From an uncultured bacterium (lineage in GTDB: Bacteria > Oederibacteriota > JAAXVQ01 > JAUVAV01): DNA of 64,000 nucleotides. The DNA is taken from NCBI GenBank assembly GCA_963710755.1, contig CAVQBK010000001.1, positions 32,001 through 96,000 of the forward strand, read 5' to 3'. This document shows positions 21,398 through 29,464 of this stretch, one piece after another. Positions within the stretch are counted from its first letter, which is position 1, and each line of letters starts with the position of its first letter. The position numbers and the translations under genes are program-made. Below the pieces are notes generated by a model. It made no database searches. It was not told the DNA's origin and was given only the letters and a program-made list of their open reading frames with translations.

Positions 21398-22633
21398 ATG
21401 AACAGACTTGGTGTTCGCTCGCATTATTTGGATGAACATAAAGAAATCATTGTCATTGAACCCGCGGGTGTACTGGATCACGAAACATTTCCTCAACTAG
21501 AAGCTGTCATTCAAACTTACCTGGAACAAGAACAACCGAAATTCATCCTAGACCTTAAATTTTTACAGGTTCTTACCCCTTACGCCTTGGGATTTTTAAA
21601 TGGGTTGCTAAAATTTATTCGACTTCACCAAAGTGATTTGGTTTTTCTCGGAAGCGGACCTCATATTAAAAAGGATGTGCTGGAAGCCTATAAGACGCAG
21701 CATATCAAAGTTTTTGCCAGTATGGAGGAGGCCCGGGAATATATTATCTACAACAAACCAACGGCAGGATATCATCATTTTAAGATTAGTCCGGCTACCA
21801 AATCGGTTGTTTCCGGCGTACCTTTTCAATGCCGCATTGAAGCCATCGATCCCTTGGGAGAGCGTGTGCCCAATTATGCAGGCGTTCTCCATGTGATTGT
21901 TGATGCCGGTATGGTTTATCCCAGCATGATCAATACCTTGAAAAATGGCGTTTGGGAAGGAAAAATGATTGTCACCAAACCCGGCAATGTCAGAATCCGA
22001 GTATGGGACGATGATGGCGCCGGCACCACCGAGGTGGCTGTTCGGATGGAAGGTCAGGAAGTCGAATTTCCCATTGCAGTGAATTGTCCTGGTTGTCATA
22101 TGGGCAATGTGGCTGGTAAAACCGATGTCTTTCGATGCATTCACTGCAATGCAATTTATTTTGTGGATAAGTATGGACACATCATTCCTTTGCGTCCGGG
22201 CCAAACCAGTGGCGAGGGAATCATCAAACGTCTTGAATTTGTTATGCCCAGCGATGTTAATTACCTAAATCATGTCCGGAATTTTATTGTGGGGATTTCA
22301 TCAGAAGAAAGAATTGATGATGAGAAAATATCCCAAATTGAAATGTCTTTAGATGAAGCTTTGGCCAATATTATCGAACACGCTTATTCCTATGACGCCT
22401 ACCAACAAATCAATATTATTGTGACTTTATATAAAAATCAACTGGAGATCGTGTTGCGTGATCAAGGCCGTTCATTTGACAGTAAAAATACACCTCTGCC
22501 GGACCTGAAAAAGCACATCGAAGAACGGCGGGTTGGCGGCCTGGGCCGGTATTTGATGAAGACCTTGATGGATGATGTCGATTATAAAAGCGACGGACGG
22601 TTTAATGAACTGCGCATGGTGAAAAAATTCTAG
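21398..22633 (+). CDS. Multidomain anti-sigma kinase: degenerate STAS, beta-rich Ig-like segment, Zn ribbon, RsbW-type HATPase
   Basis: GVLDHETFPQLE STAS start; CPGC..CIHC; DEALANIIEHAY, DQGRSFD, GGLGRYLM; start moved to ATG 21398 after GAGG. Confidence 0.85.
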   Translation: MNRLGVRSHYLDEHKEIIVIEPAGVLDHETFPQLEAVIQTYLEQEQPKFILDLKFLQVLTPYALGFLNGLLKFIRLHQSDLVFLGSGPHIKKDVLEAYKTQHIKVFASMEEAREYIIYNKPTAGYHHFKISPATKSVVSGVPFQCRIEAIDPLGERVPNYAGVLHVIVDAGMVYPSMINTLKNGVWEGKMIVTKPGNVRIRVWDDDGAGTTEVAVRMEGQEVEFPIAVNCPGCHMGNVAGKTDVFRCIHCNAIYFVDKYGHIIPLRPGQTSGEGIIKRLEFVMPSDVNYLNHVRNFIVGISSEERIDDEKISQIEMSLDEALANIIEHAYSYDAYQQINIIVTLYKNQLEIVLRDQGRSFDSKNTPLPDLKKHIEERRVGGLGRYLMKTLMDDVDYKSDGRFNELRMVKKF

Positions 22634-22861
22634 AAGGGTTATTGCTTGTTCTTTGGAACTGGGGGGCGGCAAGGAATTCCGGGCTATTAAAACCTTATTT
22701 AATAACCCGCCGGCGCTGGGCATGCTGCAATTTCCGGCAATAAAACCAAAAGGCATCACAGTTCCTTGGAAATGATTGACAGGGTGCCAGAACGTTAATC
22801 TATGCGAATTCCACCATTTACGCGTGCAGATCATGGAAGAGGAAAAATCATCGTGAAGATA

Positions 22862-24271
22862 ATGAAAGGTTATTTGCTGCAGCGCAATAAATTTTCACTG
22901 ATCTTTTACCTGAGCTTGGCCATGATTCTGGGATTGGCAGGTATCAGTGCCGCCGGTTTTTTTTGGGTGACCAAACCTTTAGGCACGGTGATAGGAGTAA
23001 CGGCTCTGGCAGTAGCAGGCATCTTGATGGGGTGCGATGCCATCACCTTCTCCCAGATGGTAAAACCTATCCAGGATTTGATCCGGGAAACCGAGGAGAC
23101 CCTGCAAGGGATTCGTGAAGGCGGTATCTCACTTGTACGCGATGATGAAATCGGCGTACTGGCCAACAATTTCAACCAGATCATTCTGGATGCCCAAATG
23201 AAACGCATGGAATTGGAGAATTCTAATCTGGAACTTGCCTCTCGTGCGGAGGTCATCGAAAAGACTTATCGTGAGCTGGACAAGAAAGTTTATGATCTGT
23301 TCACCCTCTTTAATATTGGCAAAGAACTTAATTCCACCCTTTCCGTGGAGTCGATCCTTAAGATAACCTGTTTTACCTGTATGGGGCAATTAGGCGTTAC
23401 CGTTATGACCATCATGCTCCTTGATGAAAAGGACGGCGTAACTATCGTGCCCGTATATAAGAAAGGTCTGCGTAAGGATGCGGACCGCCTCAAAACCCTG
23501 CAGGTCAAGGAAGCCTTTTTGGAACTGCTTAAAATGAGTGAGCAACCGTTGTTGCTCAGCGATTTGAGAGCCAAAGCTCAGTTTGACAACGAAGTAGATT
23601 TTTTTGAGGCCTACAAATGCTTTCTCATAGCCCCTTTACTGGCTAAAGACCAAGTTATCGGAATGCTATTGTTGGGTAAAAAATTATCAGGCGAAACTTT
23701 TAACCAAGGGGAAAGGGATTTCATCACCACCTTGACTTCTCTGGCCGCTCTGGCGTTAAGGAATGCCCGTCATTATGAACAAGCCATTACCGATGCCATG
23801 ACCAAATTATATTTAAAACGTTATTTCCAACTGCGCTTTGACGACGAACTCAAACGCGCCAGTCGTTATGACGGCAAGTTGAGTCTGCTCATGGCTGATA
23901 TTGACCATTTTAAACGTATCAATGACACCTATGGCCATACCAAGGGCGATGAAGTATTAATAGCCGTGGCCAAAGCCATTAAGGAAAATTTTCGTGATGT
24001 GGATGTTCCCGCCCGCTATGGCGGTGAAGAATTTGCTGTGATCATGCCCGAAGTTGGCAAACAGGACGGAATGATCGCTGCAGAACGTTTACGCAAAAGT
24101 GTGGAAAAACTGACGTTTATGCTTAACGGGACAGAAGTGAAGGTCACCATTTCCCTGGGTCTGGCTGAATTCCCGGGCGATGGCAAAACCCCCCTGGCCC
24201 TCATTGAATCTGCTGATTCTGCATTATATCAATCCAAAGCCAATGGCCGCAATCAGGCCACCCTTGCCTAA
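22862..24271 (+). CDS. Membrane diguanylate cyclase (TM-HAMP-GAF-GGDEF)
   Basis: DDEIGVLANNFN HAMP; GAF; DIDHFKRINDTYGH, RDVD I-site, RYGGEEF; start uncertain (22802/22853/22862). Confidence 0.93.
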   Translation: MKGYLLQRNKFSLIFYLSLAMILGLAGISAAGFFWVTKPLGTVIGVTALAVAGILMGCDAITFSQMVKPIQDLIRETEETLQGIREGGISLVRDDEIGVLANNFNQIILDAQMKRMELENSNLELASRAEVIEKTYRELDKKVYDLFTLFNIGKELNSTLSVESILKITCFTCMGQLGVTVMTIMLLDEKDGVTIVPVYKKGLRKDADRLKTLQVKEAFLELLKMSEQPLLLSDLRAKAQFDNEVDFFEAYKCFLIAPLLAKDQVIGMLLLGKKLSGETFNQGERDFITTLTSLAALALRNARHYEQAITDAMTKLYLKRYFQLRFDDELKRASRYDGKLSLLMADIDHFKRINDTYGHTKGDEVLIAVAKAIKENFRDVDVPARYGGEEFAVIMPEVGKQDGMIAAERLRKSVEKLTFMLNGTEVKVTISLGLAEFPGDGKTPLALIESADSALYQSKANGRNQATLA

Positions 24272-24279
24272 TTTCGATC

Positions 24280-24981
24280 ATGGCGCGTAAACCCAGGACA
24301 AAAAAAGTAAGCCGGCCAATACCATGGGGGAAGTGGTTATGGGGTTTCCTGCTGTTGGTACCTTGTTTCGTCTTTTCCATGGTTCTGGCCCATACCCTGA
24401 CATCAGTGGATTTAACCATTCCAAGGCAGCTGGCCTTCATCACCGGCGCCGGGGTTTATCTGGTAATGCATCTTTTGTTGTGGAAGCCCATCTTTATCCA
24501 TGTTATGGGCCATGAACTGACCCATGCTTTTTGGGCGGTGGTGTTGGGCGGCAAAATAAAATCCCTGCTCGTCTCCCAGGAAGGTGGGCAAGTGACCATT
24601 TCCAAAACCAATTTTTTTATCGCCTTGGCCCCCTATTTTTTTCCCATATACACCTTTATACTTCTGCCTATTTACCTAATCGCAGCCAAACCCTTCCATA
24701 CCATTCTGGCCTTTCTTCTGGGGTTTACCCTGGCTTTTCATGTGGCGTTGACGCTGCATTCCCTGAAAGACGAACAAAGTGATATTCGCCAGGTGGGCAT
24801 GGTGTTTTCATTTCCCTTTATTTATGTGATGAATATTCTGGTATTAGTGATTGTGTTATCGGTGGTGGCCCCGGAGATGCTTTCCTTTCTTGGCTTTTTA
24901 AAATCCAGTTGGCAACTGCTGCTGGCTTTGATCGTCAAACTGGGCCATGGACTCTTATTCATTAAAACCAAGGTGCTGTGA
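24280..24981 (+). CDS. Membrane metallopeptidase, M50B-like
   Basis: HELTH (HExxH) in a hydrophobic context, GGQV, IALAPYFFP, SDI. Confidence 0.75.
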   Translation: MARKPRTKKVSRPIPWGKWLWGFLLLVPCFVFSMVLAHTLTSVDLTIPRQLAFITGAGVYLVMHLLLWKPIFIHVMGHELTHAFWAVVLGGKIKSLLVSQEGGQVTISKTNFFIALAPYFFPIYTFILLPIYLIAAKPFHTILAFLLGFTLAFHVALTLHSLKDEQSDIRQVGMVFSFPFIYVMNILVLVIVLSVVAPEMLSFLGFLKSSWQLLLALIVKLGHGLLFIKTKVL

Positions 24982-24985
24982 GGTT

Positions 24986-26602
24986 ATGGACATGAACAAA
25001 TACCGAGACTTGCTACTGGCCGTGGGTGGCGGCTTTATAGCAGCCATGGCTTTTCCCAACCCGATATATTCCGGCATGGATTGGAAAGGCGGATTTCTGG
25101 GGTGGATTTGCCTTATCCCGCTGCTGCTGATTGCCCCACAATCGACTAAACGTCTTTGGCGTCTTGGATTTATATACGGGTTTGTGTATTTTGGCTTGGC
25201 CGTTATTTGGATTGCGCCAATGCAATCCATGGCGCCCTTGGGGCCACTGGCGTGGTTTCTCCTGACCGCTTACCTGGCGCTTTATCCCGGATTATTTTTA
25301 ATTAGTTATCATTATCTTCGCGCTCGCGGTGTGCCTTGGTGGCTGACTGCGGCCGGTGGCTGGACGATATTGGAATTTGCACGCAATTATATCATTTCCG
25401 GATTTCCCTGGGATAGTTTGGGTTATAGCCAATATGGTATTCCGGCCTTGATGGCCGTACTGCCCTTTAGCGGTATTTGGGGGTTGAGTTTTACAGTCGC
25501 TATGGGTAATTGTCTGATTTATCTGTTGCTGATCTGGTTGGGGAGTTTGTTTTTCCACCGTCAAGCCTGGCTAGTCAGGGAAAGGGAGGTGTTACTCCAT
25601 TCTCGGGGAAATCTGATTCTGGCCGGCGGCTTGATTCTTCTCATCCTGACGGGCACCATCATGGAACAATCCAGGCTCCACCATCAAGCTAAGGCACCGG
25701 TTATGCGCGTGGCCAGTATGCAGGGTAACATCAATCAAAATACCACCTGGGATTTTGATTTTCAGCAAAAAACCTTGAATACGTACAAGACGCTTTTAGA
25801 TAAAGCTGCCAGCAGCCATGCGACATTGGCGGTTTGGCCGGAGACTGCCTTTCCCGGTATTTTTAACTATGATCAGCAGTTAGCCAACACGGTGCGGTTG
25901 TGGTCAAGAATCTTGGGGATTTATCAATTGGTGGGCGCCGATGAAATCAAGCGGACCCAGAAAGAGTATTTGTATTATAATGCCATGGTTCTGATCGACA
26001 ACACAGGCAAAGTAAGAGGATCGACGGCCAAGAGGCATCTGGTGCCTTTTGGGGAATATGTGCCCTATAAAGACTCTATTCTCTTTTTTGTCCATAAACT
26101 GGTCCGCCGTTACGGAGGAGCAGGGTTTACCCCTGGCACCACCCGTAATCTTCTGCCTATGGACCAACCTCAACCTCATACTATGGTGGGAGGCATTATT
26201 TGTTTTGAAAGTCTGTTTCCCCAATACACCCGTGACCTGACCAAACGAGGGGCCCGATTGTTGGCGGTTATAACCTATGACACTTGGTTCGGCCATTCTT
26301 CCGCGCCGGCGCAACATGCTATATTCAGTGCTTTTCGGGCGGCTGAAACCAACCGGGCGCTGGTGCGCGCGGCGGCGACTGGCATTTCCTGCATCTTTGA
26401 TCCAGCGGGTAGGTTGATGGCCAAAATTGATTTGGACAAGGAAGGTGTGCTTGTCAAAGATGTTCCTCTGCCTAAAACCGTAACCTTTTACGTTAGGTTT
26501 GGCGATTGGATCGTGGCACTTCTGGGGCTTCTCATGTTAGGGTTTTGGTCCTGGGGGAAATGGAGATTAAAGAACAAGCAGGCCGGAGGTGAAGACCTTT
26601 AA
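24986..26602 (+). CDS. lnt: Apolipoprotein N-acyltransferase
   Basis: GFPW..LGYSQ, QGNI, WPETA, KRHLVPFGEYVP, ICFES, QH; start after GAGG at 24986. Confidence 0.95.
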   Translation: MDMNKYRDLLLAVGGGFIAAMAFPNPIYSGMDWKGGFLGWICLIPLLLIAPQSTKRLWRLGFIYGFVYFGLAVIWIAPMQSMAPLGPLAWFLLTAYLALYPGLFLISYHYLRARGVPWWLTAAGGWTILEFARNYIISGFPWDSLGYSQYGIPALMAVLPFSGIWGLSFTVAMGNCLIYLLLIWLGSLFFHRQAWLVREREVLLHSRGNLILAGGLILLILTGTIMEQSRLHHQAKAPVMRVASMQGNINQNTTWDFDFQQKTLNTYKTLLDKAASSHATLAVWPETAFPGIFNYDQQLANTVRLWSRILGIYQLVGADEIKRTQKEYLYYNAMVLIDNTGKVRGSTAKRHLVPFGEYVPYKDSILFFVHKLVRRYGGAGFTPGTTRNLLPMDQPQPHTMVGGIICFESLFPQYTRDLTKRGARLLAVITYDTWFGHSSAPAQHAIFSAFRAAETNRALVRAAATGISCIFDPAGRLMAKIDLDKEGVLVKDVPLPKTVTFYVRFGDWIVALLGLLMLGFWSWGKWRLKNKQAGGEDL

Positions 26603-26622
26603 CTGGTTTTTATTGCCGAAAG

Positions 26623-26685
26623 ACCATTTTTGATGAATGACGTACTTGGGGTTATATTCTCCCCCAAGGTGGCATCAAAAAAAGG
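26623..26685. terminator. Long imperfect stem-loop after lnt (terminator or processing structure)
   Basis: TTTTTGATG..CTTGGGG / CCCCAAG..CATCAAAAA. Confidence 0.45.
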
Positions 26686-26814
26686 TTGTAGGGTACAGGC
26701 AAATCCCGACCCTGCGTCTATGGATGGGATCCAACCAGCAATCCGTAACAGAAACTAACTTGGCTAAAAATGTAAAATTTGTTAAACCAGAATCAAAAGG
26801 AAAAGGAGACGAAA

Positions 26815-27750
26815 ATGGATTTGTTAATCGTTGGATCAGTGGCTACAGACGATGTCCGTACCCCTCATGGCCAAATTGAAAAAGGTCTTGGCGGCTCGGC
26901 TGTGTACAGTTCCGTGGCCGCTTCTTATTTTTGTTCACCGGCCATTGTGGGTGTGGTGGGCGAGGATTTTGAACCAACTCATGTGAGCCTGCTGAAAAAT
27001 AAAGGTGTCGACGTGAGTGGTTTGGAACGAAAACCAGGTCTGACCTTCCATTGGAAAGGCTATTATGAAGGGGATATGAACAGCGCCCATACGTTGGATA
27101 CCCAACTCAATGTTTTTGCCTCCTTTGACCCCCATCTGGATCCGGAAGCCAAACAAGCAGACTTTGTTTTTTTGGCCAATATTGACCCCAGCCTGCAATT
27201 GCACGTGTTGCAGGAACTGGAGAAGCCCGCTTTTGTGTTGCTCGATACCATGAATTTCTGGATCACCCATAAAAAGGAAGCCTTACTGGACGTGATCGCG
27301 AAGGTGGATATGGTGGTGGTTAATGACGGCGAGGCCAGACAATTGACGGGCTGTACCAATTTACTCCAGGCCGCGCAATGGATACAAACCCGGGGACCCA
27401 AAGGCGTAATCATCAAAAAAGGTGAGCATGGTGCTTTGGTATTTTGGCAGGCGGACAAAGTCATTGTGCCCGCCTTTCCTCTGGAGACCGTGGTGGATCC
27501 TACGGGAGCGGGGGATACTTTTGCCGGAGCTTTCATTGGCTATCTGGCCCAAACCGGTAAACTCAATATGTCGACACTGCATCAGGCAGCGGCCGTAGGT
27601 ACGATTTTAGCTTCTTTCGTGGTGGAAGATTTTTCGGTCAAAAAGTCGGCCCATTTGACAACACAGGAAATCAGCCGGCGTTTTGCTGCTTTAAAACAAA
27701 TGACAACCCTTGAACCACTGGAGATGACCCCGGTGGCTGGTAAGGTGTGA
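26815..27750 (+). CDS. PfkB/ribokinase-family carbohydrate or nucleoside kinase
   Basis: LGGSA, VGVVGEDF, KKGEHGA, DPTGAGDTFAG; AAGGAG RBS before ATG 26815. Confidence 0.92.
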   Translation: MDLLIVGSVATDDVRTPHGQIEKGLGGSAVYSSVAASYFCSPAIVGVVGEDFEPTHVSLLKNKGVDVSGLERKPGLTFHWKGYYEGDMNSAHTLDTQLNVFASFDPHLDPEAKQADFVFLANIDPSLQLHVLQELEKPAFVLLDTMNFWITHKKEALLDVIAKVDMVVVNDGEARQLTGCTNLLQAAQWIQTRGPKGVIIKKGEHGALVFWQADKVIVPAFPLETVVDPTGAGDTFAGAFIGYLAQTGKLNMSTLHQAAAVGTILASFVVEDFSVKKSAHLTTQEISRRFAALKQMTTLEPLEMTPVAGKV

Positions 27751-27764
27751 AAAACCAAAAAAAT

Positions 27765-27828
27765 GGACGGACGGCGGTTTGCGTGTAGGGCGCAGGCATC
27801 CAGTACGCGCCGGACAAGTAACCGGTAT
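27765..27828 (+). repeat. Dispersed ~63-bp repeat, copy 1 (inverted copy at 57361-57423)
   Basis: GACGGCGGTT..GTAGGG..GGCATCCAG..GCGCCG.ACAAGTAACC.GTA matches the reverse complement of 57361-57423. Confidence 0.8.
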
Positions 27829-27898
27829 CTTACAGTCAGTTGTTACAATCCCACGAATACTCACCTTTTGAGACTGAGTAGTGATTGTTTCCTATATT

Positions 27899-27980
27899 GT
27901 CATCCTATTATGCTCCGAAATGGAATCGGGAAAGCCTTTAAAATCAAGCCCCTGGATACCAGCTTTCACCGGTATAATGG
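27899..27980. repeat. Degenerate REP-like element (GTCAT..GGAATC / CTGGAT..GCTTTC.CCGG type)
   Basis: CTGGATACCAGCTTTCACCGGTATAA hairpin, translating as WIPAFTGI like the widespread WIPAFAGMT repeat; upstream GTCATCC..GGAATC half. Confidence 0.5.
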
Positions 27981-28120
27981 AAAAGCCCGTTGCGCTCCGG
28001 AAGCATAATTTTGGGATATTTTATATTAAAAAGCGCTGCTGTTCAAAGGCATTGACCAAACGAAAAAAAAACGCTATTTTATTCACCAATCATTTTATCC
28101 TTGATGAAAGAAGGAAGCTT

Positions 28121-29296
28121 ATGATTTCCAACAAGTTAGACCGCATACCGCCTTATGTTTTGGCCAAAGTCACGGCGGAAACCAAAATGGCTAGAAGCCG
28201 TGGTGAAGATATAATTGATTTTGGTATGGGAAATCCCGATATGGGCACGCCTCAGCATATTGTGGATAAATTGGTGGAAGCTTCCGCCAAAACTCAAAAT
28301 CATCGTTACAGTGTATCCAAAGGTGTATATAAATTGAGAGAAGCCATATGCCTGTGGTATAAACGGCGCTTCAATGTAGACCTTGATCCCGATACCGAGG
28401 CCATTGCCACCATTGGTGCCAAAGAGGGGATCTCACATTTCATGCTGGCCTTGCTCAATCCAGGAGATACGGTCATTGTGCCTTCGCCTTGTTATCCGAT
28501 CCATGCCTATTCCACGGTCTTGGCAGAAGGGAATGTGATCAGCATCCCTTTTGAGCCCAATGAAAACCTTTTGCCCAAAATCATTAATGTCTGTAAAAAT
28601 TCCTGGCCCAAACCTAAAGCTCTGTTGCTTTCCTTTCCCCAGAATCCTACCGGGACCACGGTGGATTATGAATTTTTTGAACAGGTAGTGGCTTTAGCCA
28701 GAGCGGAGAACTTGTTGATTCTTCATGACCATGCTTATGCGGAACTATGTTTTGACGGCTATAAATCGCCCAGTCTGTTGCAAGTGCCGGGCGCCAAAGA
28801 CCTGGGTGTGGAGTTCTACTCGCTATCCAAAACCTACAATATGCCCGGTTGGCGGGTGGGGTTTATGGTGGGTAACAAAGAGGCCGTGGCTATGTTAACC
28901 AGAATTAAAAGCTATCTTGACTATGGCATCTTTACACCCATTCAGATTGCCGCCATTTCCGCTTTAAATGGACCGCAGGAATGCGTACAGCAAATTGTTG
29001 AAACTTACCACAGCCGCCGGGATGTGTTGGTGGATGGATTAAATAAGTTGGGGTGGCCGGTGACCAAACCGCGGGCGACTATGTTCCTGTGGGCCAAAAT
29101 ACCGGAGCAATTCCGGAAGTTGTCATCCGTAGAATTTTCCATGAAATTGCTGCATGAGGCCAAAGTGGCCGTATCACCTGGCGCGGGTTTTGGGGAAGGC
29201 GGCGATGGTTATGTACGCTTCGCCTTAATTGAAAATGAAGCCCGGACCAAACAGGCCTTGCGGGGAATAAAACGGATGTTTCAAATATCGGCATAG
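28121..29296 (+). CDS. alaC: Class I/II PLP aminotransferase, AlaC/YfdZ-like
   Basis: DFGMGNPD, HRYSVSKG, IGAKEG, SLSKTYNMPGWRVGF, KSYLDYG, YVRFALIEN; start ATG 28121. Confidence 0.85.
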   Translation: MISNKLDRIPPYVLAKVTAETKMARSRGEDIIDFGMGNPDMGTPQHIVDKLVEASAKTQNHRYSVSKGVYKLREAICLWYKRRFNVDLDPDTEAIATIGAKEGISHFMLALLNPGDTVIVPSPCYPIHAYSTVLAEGNVISIPFEPNENLLPKIINVCKNSWPKPKALLLSFPQNPTGTTVDYEFFEQVVALARAENLLILHDHAYAELCFDGYKSPSLLQVPGAKDLGVEFYSLSKTYNMPGWRVGFMVGNKEAVAMLTRIKSYLDYGIFTPIQIAAISALNGPQECVQQIVETYHSRRDVLVDGLNKLGWPVTKPRATMFLWAKIPEQFRKLSSVEFSMKLLHEAKVAVSPGAGFGEGGDGYVRFALIENEARTKQALRGIKRMFQISA

Positions 29297-29330
29297 GGGT
29301 CAGGCATTGGGCGTGTGCTGGATTGCCAAC

Positions 29331-29373
29331 TTTTTTATCCGATGATTGCGGACGCCGCTATGACGATAAAAAA
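29331..29373. terminator. Probable bidirectional terminator between convergent genes
   Basis: TTTTTTATC..GCGG-ACG-CCGC..GATAAAAAA. Confidence 0.45.
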
Positions 29374-29464
29374 CGGTTATGCCGATGACTTGAAAGGGGG
29401 AGTGAAGAGTGAGAAGGCACGTATCGTGGTTCAACCCTTTTGTGGTCAGGTGTTTTATTATTGA

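Noticed and set aside
26690-26745. GGCAAA-containing segment resembling a c-di-GMP-I riboswitch
   Set aside because: Lacks the GAAA-capped P2 and following GCAAAG/P3 elements; fits a GTAG repeat remnant better
27881-28120. 80-aa N-terminal extension of the aminotransferase
   Set aside because: Read-through of a REP-like repeat; the family-like sequence starts at ATG 28121
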